Assembly: GCF_044704955.1 (NCBI RefSeq)
Contig: NC_091999.1
Span: forward strand, 66,340,001-66,404,000
Direction: 5' to 3'
DNA: 64,000 nucleotides
Source of the DNA: Pristiophorus japonicus
Taxonomy: Eukaryota
Shown: positions 25,040-36,033 of the stretch, piece after piece
How positions within the stretch are numbered: the stretch's first letter is position 1
Layout: the number at the start of each line of letters is the position of its first letter
The notes under the pieces: generated by a model
The model's database searches: none
Seen by the model: the letters and a program-made list of their open reading frames with translations, nothing else
What the model was told of the DNA's origin: nothing
Made by a program: the position numbers and the translations under genes

Positions 25040-26530
25040 CAGAACTGCACACCATGAGAAGTCGAGATACACATTGAGAGACAGAGACAAACCGACAAAC
25101 AGGGAGAGACAGACAGCGAGATAGAGACAACGAGAGACAGAAAGTGTGACACTCAGAAGGAGAGGCAGACTGAGTGAGAAAAAGTCTCAAACACATTCAT
25201 ATACAGAGATGTGTGTGTGTGCTCTATAAAGAGAGAGAAAGGGAAAGAGTGAGAGAAAGACGTTGATAGAGTGTGACAAGGAGAGAGACAGATAGAGAGA
25301 GAGCGACAAATAGAGCGAGAGACAAAGATATAAATAGCAAATGATGGAAATACTCAGCAGGTTAGAGACAGGAACTAACAGCGACAGCCAAAGAGAGACA
25401 GACAGGCAGAGACATAGACAGACAGAAATGGAGGGAAAGAGTGAGAAAGTCAGACAGAGAGACTGGGAGAATCCCATTCGAACAGAACTGGACACCGTGA
25501 GAAAGAGACAGACATATTGAGAGACAGAGACAAACCGACAAACAGGGAGAGACAGACAGCGAGATAGAGACAACGAGAGACAGAAAGTGTGACACTCAGA
25601 AGGAGAGGCAGACTGAGTGAGAAAAAGTCTCAAACACATACATATACGGAGATGTGTGTGTGTGCTCTATAAAGAGAGAAAAAGGGAAAGAGTGAGAGAA
25701 AGACATTGATAGAGTGTGACAAGGAGAGAGACAGATAGAGAGAGAGCGACAAATAGAGCGAGAGACAAAGATATAAATAGCAAATGATGGAAATACTCAG
25801 CAGGTTAGAGACAGGAACTAACAGCGACAGCCAAAGAGAGACAGACAGGCAGAGACATAGACAGACAGAAATGGAGGGAAAGAGTGAGAAAGTCAGACAG
25901 AGAGACTGGGAGAATCCCATTCGAACAGAACTGGACACCGTGAGAAAGAGACAGACATATTGAGAGACAGAGACAAATAGACAAACAGGGAGAGACAGAC
26001 AGCTAGCTCGATACAAAGAGAGACAGAAAGTTTTAGACTGAAAGGAAGGGTCAGACTGAGTGAGAAAAAGACTCAAATACTTACATACACAGATATGTGT
26101 TTGCATGCTCCATAAAGAGAGGGAGGCATATTGTGATGGAATGACAAGAAAAAGACAGGGACAAAGAGAGAGACAAAGAGGGAGACAGATAGAGAGAAAG
26201 ACAGAAAGAGAGAGAGACATAGCGACAAAAACAAAAAATGATGGAAATACTCATCAGGTTAGAGACAGGGATTAACAGAGACAGGCAGGACATGGACAGA
26301 GAGAGATGATGGGAAAGAGAGAGAGACAGTCGGACAGAGAGACTGAGAGAATCCCATTGGAACTGAACTGGACACCCTTAGAAAGAGACAGATTGAGAGA
26401 CAGAGACAAACAGAGAAACAGGGACAGACAGAGCGAATCAGATAGAGGCAGACTGAGGGAGACAAAGACTCAAACACACAAACACATACACAGCCCATAA
26501 AGAGAGAGAAAGGCAGAGACTGAGTAACAC
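25040..26530. repeat. GA-rich domain of unit 2, expanded as ~443-bp subrepeats
   Basis: gaactg(g/c)acacc motif at ~25042, 25485, 25928 and 26366; first two copies nearly identical. Confidence 0.9.
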
Positions 26531-26660
26531 AGATACATTTCACAATTTCATTTCATTATCTGCTCAAGGTGTCACAGAATCACAGAAAAATGCAAATGCA
26601 ACAGATGGAAATCGGGTCTCACTGAGCAGAATGGTAAAAAAAATTCTGTTTAATTAAGAA

Positions 26661-26735
26661 AGTAGGTTCGAATCCACGCGGGTATAAACCCATTGGATTT
26701 TAAGTCCAACACCTTAACCACTCGGCCATCCTGAT
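26661..26735 (-). tRNA. tRNA-Leu(TAA) pseudogene lacking its 3' acceptor strand, unit 3
   Basis: Reverse complement atcaggatggccgagtggttaaggtgttggacTTAAaatccaatggg...ggattcgaacctact, after which cctggta is missing. Confidence 0.88.
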
Positions 26736-26844
26736 CGTATCAGCGGTTTGATTCTGTCTCTGTGAGAATCTGGGCTTCAACTCTACCCCCACAGACACAC
26801 ACGAACACATAGGGTTTCAGGGAGCATTTTGGAATTTTTTTTGT

Positions 26845-27098
26845 AATACTGACACGGGTGCAACTCACCTGCTGTTTTTCGAATAATGCTCTGGGAATTT
26901 TAACATCCACCCGTGGGTGCAGACGGAGCTTCAATTTAACATTTCATCCGCTGGTCAACAGCTTTAACAATGCACAATTCCACAAGGACTGCATTTGAGT
27001 GTCAGCCAAGATGATGTGCTCAAGTCTCAGGAGTGGGACTTACACACACAATCTCCTGATTCAGTCGAGAATGGAGCCACTGAACCGAAGCCGATACC
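26845..27098 (-). mobile_element. DeuSINE-like SINE, unit 3 (uninterrupted)
   Basis: Same head and Deu-like core as in the other units. Confidence 0.75.
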
Positions 27099-27228
27099 AA
27101 ATATCACAGCCGTATTATTTTCCCCAAGTTTTTTAAAAAGTTCCAAGACATATCAAATTCATGGTGATGATTTTCATAAACAGTTGTACATTCACAGAGA
27201 CAAATATACAGATAGACATGCACGCATC

Positions 27229-27935
27229 AACATAGAAGCATAGAAATTAGTTGCACAAGTCGATCATTCGGCCCTTCGAGCCTGCACCACCATTCAATAA
27301 GATCATGACTGATCATTCAACCTCCGTACCCCTTTCCCGCTTTCTCTCCATAATCCTTCATCCCTTTAGCCGTCAGGGCCATATCTAACTCCCTTTTGAA
27401 TATATCGAACGAACTGCCCTCAACAACTTTCTGCGGTAGAGAATTCCACAGGTTAACCACTCTTTGAGTGAAGAAGTTTCTCCTCATCTCGGTCGTCAAT
27501 GGCTTACCCCTTATTCTTCGACTATGACGTTTCATTCTCGAACTCCCCAGCAAGTGGAGCATTCTTCCTGCCTCAAACCTGTCCAATCTCGTCAGAATTG
27601 TATATGTTTCTATGAGATCCCCTCTCATTCTTCTAAACTCCAGTGGATACCAGCCCAGTTGATCCAGTCTCTCCTCATATGTCAATCCTGCTATCCCGGG
27701 AATCAAGCTGGTGAACCTTCGCTGTACTCGCTCAATCGCGACGACGTCCTTCCTCAAAAACTGATCACAATATTCCAGGTGTGGCCTCACCAAAGCCCTG
27801 TACAACTGCAGTAAGACCTTCCTGCTCCGATACCCAAATCCCCTAGCTATGAAGGCGAACATGCCATTTGTCTTATTTACCGCCTTCTGCAACTGCATGC
27901 CAACTTTCAATGACTGATGTCCCATGACACCCAGA
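27229..27935 (-). mobile_element. 5'-truncated CR1 (same insertion as 13697-14405)
   Basis: ORF 27317-27964; same junctions gcatcaacatag and ccagatc|aaga. Confidence 0.9.
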
Positions 27936-28168
27936 TCAAGAAATACACAGAGTGCCTTAGACAAATAGATGGATGGACAGGCAGGGTCACTGTCGCTACT
28001 TTGGCTGGCTTTTGCGTTTATCTATTCGCATGTATCGTGACTATTGCATATTAATGTAAATGAGAATAAAATGTCAGTGTTAAAGTTTGGGACTTTATTC
28101 CATCTCTCTCAGATCAATTTTGCAGAGACCTGGTTAAATTGTGAAAGGGAATGAAAAGTGTATCGAAC

Positions 28169-28250
28169 CATGGTCTGCAGGATTCGAACCTGAGCAAGGA
28201 AACCCCAATAAATTCCTAGTCCATTTTATTAACCACTCGGCCACGACTAG
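28169..28250 (-). tRNA. tRNA-Ser pseudogene (anticodon AGA changed to AGG), unit 3
   Basis: Reverse complement tagtcgtggccgagtggttaa...ggactAGGaa...ggttcgaatcctgcagaccatg. Confidence 0.85.
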
Positions 28251-28468
28251 TAGCTTGTTGCCTTTTTAAATGTTACTCAGAGAATACTCAGTCATCCATC
28301 TCTGTACAGCAGACAGCCAAAGAATCCAGAAAAAGTCTCCGTTTGCTAAAAATCTGGAAGAGGCAATCTCCTCTTGCTGTATTTTTACTCTTCTATTTTG
28401 CTCTGGAACTTTTTAACATGAATCTTTTCCAAGAAACAAAAGGAAAATTCTACATTTAGAAAAAGCCT

Positions 28469-28540
28469 CCTCCCGTCGGGGAATTGAACACCAATCTCCC
28501 GCGTGACATGCGTTGATACTCACCACTGCATTAACGAAGA
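28469..28540 (-). tRNA. tRNA-Asp(GTC), degenerate, unit 3 (best-preserved Asp copy)
   Basis: Reverse complement tcttcgttaatgcagtggtgagtatcaacgcatGTCacgcgggagattggtgttcaattccccgacgggagg. Confidence 0.88.
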
Positions 28541-28579
28541 ACTGACGAGTATGTGCTCTTTCAGAGCAGGAATCGATCT

Positions 28580-29065
28580 GTGAACAGAACTGACACCATG
28601 AGAAAGGGACAGGCACATTGACACACAGAGACAAACAGAGAAACAGGGAGAGACCGACAGCGAGATAGAGACAAAGAGACAGATAAAGTGTGAGACTGAG
28701 AGGGAGAGACAGACTCAGTGAGAAAAAACGCAGAGATGTGTGTGTGCTCTATAACGAGAGGGAGGGAAAGTGTGAAAGAAAGACAGAGATGAAGACAGGG
28801 ACAAAGAGAGACACAGAAATAGACCGATCGAGAGAGACAGACACATAGAGAGAGAGAGCAATTGAGATAAAAAGAGAAAATGATGGAAATACTCAGCAGG
28901 TTAGTGACAGGGATTAACAGAGACAGGCAAAGAAAGACAGACAGGCAAAGAGGGATGAAGGGAAAGGAGAGCCAAATCGACAGGGAGGCGGAGAATTCCA
29001 CTGCAGCAGAACTTTGACACCGTGAGAAAGAAAGAGACAGATTGAGAGACAGAGACAAACAGAGA
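28580..29065. repeat. GA-rich domain, unit 3 (remainder at 32371-32450)
   Basis: Homologous to the GA domains of the other units. Confidence 0.8.
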
Positions 29066-32000
29066 AACATAGCAAATACGTGCAGCAGTGGGCCATTCGG
29101 ACCTTCGAGCCTGCATCGCCATTCAATAAGATCATTGCTGATCATTCACCTCAGTACCCCTTTCCTGCTTTCTCTCCATAATTATTGATGCCTTTCGCCA
29201 TAATGGCCATATCTCATAATTGAATATATGCAATGAACTGGCATCAACAACTCTCTGCGGTAGGGAATTCCACAGGTTAACAACTCTCTGAGTGAAGAGG
29301 TTTCTTCTCATCTCGGTCCTTAATGGCCTGCCCCTTATCCTTAGACCGTGTCCCCTGGTTCTGGACTTCCCCAACATCGGGAACATTCTTGCTGCATCTA
29401 ACCTGTCAAGTCCCATCAGAATTTTTAATGATTCTATGACATCCCCTCTCATCCTTCTAAACTCCAGTGACGACATGCGCAGTCGATCCAGTCTCTCCAC
29501 ATATGTCAGTCCTGCCATCCCGGGAATCAGTCTGGTGAACCTTCGCTGCACTTGCTCAATAGCAAGAAAGTCCTTCCACAGATTAGGAGACCAACACTGA
29601 TCACAATATTCCAGGTGAGGCCTCGCAAGGCCCTGTACAACTGCAGTAAGACCTCCGTGCTCCTATACTCAAATTCCCTAGCTATGAAGGCCAACATACT
29701 ATTTGCTTTCTTCACCACCTGCTGTAACTGCATGCCAACTTTCAGTGACTGATGAACCATGACACGCAACTCCCGTTGCACCTCCCCTTTTCCGAATCTC
29801 CCGCCATACATATAATATTCTGCCTTCGTCTTTTTGCCACCAAAGTGGATAACCTCACATTTATCCACATTATACTGCATCTGCAACGCATTTGCCCACT
29901 TACCTAATCTGTCCAAGTCACCCTGCAGCCTCTTAGCGTCCTCCTCACAGCTCACACCGCCACCCTATTAGTATTATCTGCAAACTTGCAGATATTACAC
30001 TCAATTCCTTCATCTAAATCACTAACGTATATTGTATATAGCTGCGGTCCCAGCACTGAGCCCTGTGGCACCCCACTAGTCACTGCCTGCTTTTCTGAAA
30101 AGGACCCGTTTATCCCGACTCTCTACTGCATGTGTGCCAACCAGATCTCTATCCATGTCAGTACATTATCCCCAGTACCAAGAGCTTTAATTTTGCACAC
30201 CAATACGTGTGTGGGACCTTGGTGAAAGCCTTTTGAAAGTCCAAATAAACCACATACACTGGTTCCCCTTGTCCACTATACTAGTTACATCCTCAATAAA
30301 TTCCAGTAGATTTGTCAAGCTTGATTTCGCTTTCATAAATTCATGCAGCTTGGACCGATCCTGTCACTGTTTAGCAAATGCGCTGTTACTTCATCTTTAC
30401 TGATTGATTCCAACATTTTCCCCACGATTGATGTCAGGCTTACTGGTCTATAATTATCCATTTTCTATCTCCCTCCTTTTTTAACATGTGGTGTTACATT
30501 ACATACTCTCCAGTCCATAGGAACTGATCTAGTGTCGATGGACTGCTGGAAAATGAGCACCAATGCATCCGCTTTTCTAGGGCCACTTCCTTTTGTACTT
30601 TCCCATGCGGACTTTCAGGCCCTGGGGATTTATTGGCCTTCAATCCCATCAATTTCAATAACACAATTACCTGACGAATAAGGATTTCCTTCAGTTCCTC
30701 CTTCTCGCTAGAACCTCGGTGCCCTTGTATTTCTGGAAGGTTATGCGTGTTTCCATTCGTACAGACAGAACCAAAGTAATTGTTCAACTGGTCTATATTT
30801 TCTTTGTTCACCATTATAAATTCACCTGAATCTGACTGCAAGGGACCTACTTTTGTCTTCCCTAATCTTCTCGACTTCACATATGTATAGAACTATATTA
30901 TGTTCCCAACAAGCTTCCTCTCAGACTCTATTTTCCTCCTGCTAAATAAACCCTTTGTCCTCCTCTGCTGAATTCTAAATTATTCCCAGTCCTCAGGTTG
31001 CGGCTTTTTCTGGCCAATTTATATGCCTCTTCCTTGGATTTAACACTATCCTTAATATCCCTTGTTAGCCACGTTTGAGCCACCTTCCCAGTTTTATTTT
31101 TACTCCAGACAGGGAAATACATTTGTTGAAGTTCATCCATGTGATCTTTAAATGTTTGCCATGGCCTATCCACCGTCAACCCTTTAAGTATCATTCGCCA
31201 GTCGATTTTAGCCAATTCACGTCTCATTCCATCGACCTTACCTTTCCTTAAGTTCAGGATTCCAGTCTCTGAATTAACTGTGTCACTCGCCCCCTTAATA
31301 AAGAATTCTAACTTATTATGGTCACTCTTCCCCAAGGGGCCTCGCACAACAAGCTTGCTAATTAGTCCTTTCTCAATACACGTCACCCAGTCTAGGATGG
31401 CCAGCCTTCTCGATGGTCCCTCGACATATTGGTCGAGAAAGCCATCCCTAATACGCTCGAGGAAACCCTCCACCACCGTATTCATACCTGTTTGATTGCC
31501 CAATCTGCATGTAGAATAAAGTCGCCCTTGATAACTGCTGTATCTTTATGGCACGCATCCCTTATTTCCTGTTTGATGCTGTCCCCAAATTCACTACTAC
31601 TGTTTGCTGATCTGTACACAACTCCTCGAGCGTTTTCTTCCCTTTGGTTTTCGGCAGCTCCACCCATACATGTTCCACATCATCCAAGTTTATGTTGTTC
31701 CTTACTATTGCCTTAATTTCCTCTTTAACCAGCAACACTTCCCCAACACCTTTTCATTACTGTCTATGCTTCCTGAATGTTGAATTCCCAGCCTTTGTCT
31801 CCCTGGAGCCATGTCTCCGTGATGCTAATTATAACATATTCATTAATTGCTACTTGTGCATTTATTTCGACCACCTTATTATGAGTACTCTTCATAATGA
31901 GGCACAGAGGCTCCAGGCTTGTTATTTTAACACATTGTGACCCTTTAGAAGTTTGCTGTAATATTTTTGATTTTTGCCGTGGGTTTCTCTGCCCTCCACC

Positions 32001-32370
32001 TTTACCTTTATTCTTTCGCTTCGGCGCCCATTCTACTTCCCTCCGTCTCCCGTCGCCCTGCCATATTACATTAAACACTCCCCAACAACCGGAGCAAATA
32101 GTCCCCCTTGGATATCGGTTCTGGTCCTGCCCAGGTGCAGACCTTCCGGTTGAGTTCTGCTCCCACCTCCCCCAGAACCGGTTCCAAAGTCCCAGGAACT
32201 TGATTCCCTCCCATCTGCACCACATTTCAAGCCACGTATTCATCTGAGCTATCCTGCGATTCCTGCTCCGACTAGCAGGTGGCACTGGTAGCAATCATGA
32301 GTTTGCGACCTCTGAGGTCCTACTTTTTAATTTAACTCCGAGCTCCCTGAATTCAGCTTGTCGGTCCTCA
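29066..32370 (-). mobile_element. CR1 LINE family A, 5'-truncated in ORF1, inserted in the GA domain
   Basis: ORFs 29132-29551, 29527-29955, 30494-30880, 30928-31503 and 31764-32294. Confidence 0.92.
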
Positions 32371-32572
32371 GAAAGAGTGTGTCAGAGAGTGACAGAGACT
32401 CAAACACATAAAGAAATACAGGGCTCTCTAAAGACGGAGAGTGAGGAGCACAGATACATTTCACAATCCCATTTCTTTGTCAGTTGAGGGAGTGACAGAG
32501 TTACAGATTCAATAGAAGGCATTTGAGTCTCACTGAGCAGGATGGGAGAAAATCGGTGTTATATTCAAGAAT

Positions 32573-32656
32573 TACCAGGACTGCGGTTTGAAACCACGCT
32601 GGTATAAACCCCATTGGATCTTAAATGCAACGACTTATACACTTGGCCATTCTGGA
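32573..32656 (-). tRNA. tRNA-Leu(TAA) pseudogene, unit 4
   Basis: Reverse complement tccagaatggccaagtgtataagtcgttgcatTTAAgatccaatgggg...ggtttcaaaccgcagtcctggta. Confidence 0.85.
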
Positions 32657-32765
32657 CTGGTGAACCTTCACATTCTATCTCTGTGAGAATCTGGGCTTGA
32701 GATCCACCCTCACAGACACACGCATACACAGAGGTTTTCAGTGAGCATTTCAGAATATTGATAGT

Positions 32766-32999
32766 AATATTGACACTGGGGCAACTCACTCCTCTTTTTT
32801 GAATAATGCTGTGGGAATGTTCACATTCACCGGAGAAAGCAGACGGAGCTTCAATTTAACATTTCATGCAAAAGTCAACAGCTTCAACAATGCAATATTC
32901 CCCAAGTACTGCACTTGACTGTCAGCGAAGAATATATGCTCAAGTCTCAGGAGTGGGACTTGAAGTCTAAAATGCTGCCGCTGAACCATAGCCGATAAC
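32766..32999 (-). mobile_element. DeuSINE-like SINE, unit 4 (small deletion in head)
   Basis: Homology to 26845-27098. Confidence 0.7.
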
Positions 33000-33402
33000 A
33001 AATGTCACAACCGTATTATATTCCCCAAGTCTTTTTTAAAAGTTCCAAAACATACCAAATTCATGGTGATGATATGCACAGACAGTTGCACATAAACAGT
33101 GACATACATGCAGTTAGACAGACCCAGAGACACACAGACACACACATAACCAAAAATATACACGCATCAACGTACATAAATAGAGTGCCTTAGACATTAG
33201 AGGGATAAACAGGCTGAATCACTGTCGGTAATTTGGAAGATTTTTGGGTTTTTCTATCCGTATGTATCGTGGATATTGCAGATGAATGAAAATGAGAAAA
33301 AAGTGTCAGTGTTGAAAGGTGTGTGACGTTATTTCATCTTTCTCAGGTCAGTTTTGCAGGAATCTGGTAAAATTGTGAAATGGTATGAAAGATGCTGAAA
33401 TC

Positions 33403-33484
33403 CGTAGACGACAAGATTCGAACCTGCGTGGGAAAACCCCAATGGATTGTTTGTCCGTCGCCTTCACCACCCAGCCACGACTAT
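33403..33484 (-). tRNA. tRNA-Ser pseudogene (anticodon loop mutated), unit 4
   Basis: Reverse complement atagtcgtggctgggtggtgaaggcgacggac...ggttcgaatcttgtcgtctacg. Confidence 0.85.
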
Positions 33485-33701
33485 TGAGTTGCTGCATTTT
33501 TAAATCTTACTCAGATATAACACAATCATCCATCTCTCTGCATCAGAACGCCACAGAGTCCTGAAAAAGTCTCCGTTTCCTAAGAATTGGAAGAGCCAAT
33601 CTCCTCTTGCTGTATTTTTACTCTTCTATGTTGCTCTGGAACATTTAATATGAATCTATACCGAATAACAGAAGTACAATTCTACATTTCGAAAATGCTT
33701 C

Positions 33702-33746
33702 CTCCTGCGTGACAGCCGGGGATACTCACGACTTTTCTAACGAGGA
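33702..33746 (-). tRNA. tRNA-Asp pseudogene with the T arm deleted, unit 4
   Basis: Reverse complement tcctcgttagaaaagtcgtgagtatccccggctGTCacgcaggag; ~27 nt missing. Confidence 0.8.
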
Positions 33747-33789
33747 ACTGACGAGTGTAGATTTTGAGACAGCAGGAATCAAGCTGTGA

Positions 33790-34430
33790 AAAATACTGGA
33801 CGCCATGAGAAAGAGACAGCCACATTGAGATATAGACACAAACAGAGAAACAGGGAGAGACAGACAGTGAGCTCGAGAAATAGAGAGAGAGCAAGTGTGA
33901 GACTGAGAGGGATAGGCAGACTGAGTGAGACAAAGACTCAAACACACACAAACACTGAGATGTGTTTCATAAAGTAAGGGAGGCAAATAGTAATGTAAAG
34001 CCAGAGACAAAGAAAAAGAAATGGACAAAGAGAGCGACAAAGTGAGAGAGAGATATAGTGATAGAGAAGATAGCGAGAGAGAGACAGAGATAAAAACAGA
34101 AAATGATGGAAATACTCAACAGGTTAGCGACACAGGGTCGAACAGAGACAGGCAAAGAGAGACAGACAGGCAGAGACATCGACAGACAATGATGATGGGA
34201 AAGAGAGAGGCAGTCAGACAGAGAGACTGAGAGAATCCCATTGGAACTAGCTGGACACTGTGAGAAAGACACGGGCAGATTTAGAGACCGAGACAAACAG
34301 AGAAACAGGGAGAGACTGAGTGAGTCAGAGAGAGGCAGAGTGAGGGAGACAAAGACTCAAACACGCAAACACATGCACAGATCTCTAAAGAGACAGAGGT
34401 AGAGAGTGAGGCAGAGGCTGAGAGACACAG
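33790..34430. repeat. GA-rich domain, unit 4
   Basis: Homologous to the other units; followed by the first ~75 bp of a fifth unit (34428-34505). Confidence 0.8.
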
Positions 34431-34523
34431 ATACGTTTCACGATTCCATTTCTTTATCAGTTTAGAATGTCATAGAGTTACAGTAAAATGCAGATTCAAC
34501 AGATTCTGACTGCAGTTGAACAG

Positions 34524-34987
34524 CGCCTTGGTGAGGCCTCAACTGGAATATTGTGTTCAGTTTGGTCTCCTAATCTGAGGAAGGACGTTCTTGCTATTGA
34601 GGGAGTGCAGCGAAGGTTCACCAGACTGAATCCCGAGATGGCTGGACTGTCATATGAGGAGAGACTGGATCAACTGGGTTTATATACATTGGAGCTTAGA
34701 AGGATGAGAGGGGATTTCATAATAACGTAAAGATTCTGGCGGGACGGGACAGGTTCGATGCGGGTGACTTGTTCCCGATGTTGGGGAAATCCAGAACCAG
34801 GTGACAGAGCCTTATGAGTGCCATGTCTCCGTGGTGCCAATTATATCATATTCATTAATTGCTGCCTGTGCAGTTAATTTGTCCACCTTATTACGAATAC
34901 TCCTCGCATTGAGGCACAGAGCCTTCAGGCTTGTCTTTTTAACACAGTTTGTCCCTTTAGACTTTTGATGCAATGTGGCCCTTTTTG
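34524..34987. mobile_element. Two short CR1 fragments (+ 34524-34813, RT C-terminus; - 34815-34987, ORF2 start)
   Basis: WSPNLRKDVLAIEGVQRRFTRL; ALCLNARSIRNK. Confidence 0.85.
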
Positions 34988-34989
34988 AA

Positions 34990-35392
34990 AGGAATGACAA
35001 GGGTGTATGCGGTTACAGGAGGACGTGAGCGGAAACAAACATAATACGACGGGAAGAGTACATACGTGATGGACCAGTATGAGATCAAAAAGAATGGAAA
35101 TATAAGGGGAATATCTTTATCCATGTGCCAGAGAGAAGGAATCCTAACTGTAGCTCCACACCCAGTTGAAGATGGTTGCAAGGATAGCTGCGGGTTTGAC
35201 AATACTACGGAAGGATGTGTCGTTGGAATAAACCCTGCCCAAACTGAACCCACACATTACAACTATCAAGGGCGAGGAGAATATTGTGCGGTAACGAGCC
35301 TGGGAACTTACGTTATTCCAAAACTGTTGGTGGCAGTGGGAAGAGCACGCATGACATACCAGGAAGACAATGACATGAAATATAAGCGATGA
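34990..35392 (+). pseudogene. Envelope/fusion-glycoprotein-like remnant of an LTR retroelement
   Basis: Cys-rich ORF 35066-35392 (ISLSMC...CGFDNTTEGC...YNYQGRGEYC) that extends upstream through one TAA; lies 5' of a PPT and LTR. Confidence 0.55.
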
Positions 35393-35692
35393 GATTCAGC
35401 AAGATTTTGATGTTTGCATGTAAGAGCAAGTGCAATCAATTCCCCTGTTTCTTGAATAATTAACTGAGCTCAAGAAATAACATTAAAAGATACTAAGAGC
35501 TGAAGGATTAAGCAAAATAACTGGACAGTGAAATAAAGGATAACCTGAAAAACCCGCCTTGGTACTTGAGATTATACATCCCTGGATAACGATCATTTCA
35601 CATAACCAAGTGGCAGTGCAGATAGTAATAGCCTTGATTTGGTTGGTGATGTTATCTAACAAGTGCAACGATAGGCGAGGCTTAAAGGGAGC

Positions 35693-36033
35693 TGGGAACG
35701 GACACAGATAACATAAAATGTGAATTGTATAGCAAGATAGGAGTTAAATAAAAAGAATCATAAAAACGTGTATTTGGAATTGCCAATTGAGCCAGATTGG
35801 AGGAATCGCTGTACCAATCAATCATGTATTAATCAATCAGCATGTATTAATTGTAATTTGCGTAAATATAATTACGTAATGCTATAATTTGAAACTGAAT
35901 TAAGTAAGATGACTCTGGCAGTATCTTCGAGCATTCCTTCAAGGGTAGCTCCCCTGCGGGCTTGTATTAATAAAACCTGCATTTCGTTTTAGGCTAACAG
36001 AATCCGAGTGGTGGTTTGAAGTTAACCCTAACA
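35693..36033 (+). mobile_element. Putative 3' LTR (341 bp, TG...CA)
   Basis: Preceded by PPT-like aaagggag (35684-35691); contains CCAAT (~35782, 35814), TATA-like (~35864, 35883) and AATAAA (35969-35974); ends ccctaaca. Confidence 0.6.

Noticed and set aside
25187-26543. Cys/Leu/Ser-rich membrane-like ORFs
   Set aside because: Translations of (CT/GT)-rich low-complexity DNA.
14642-28250. Anticodon-switched tRNAs (Ser body with AAA or AGG) as a recoding system
   Set aside because: The same copies have broken stems or B boxes, and each has a different change; this is random decay.
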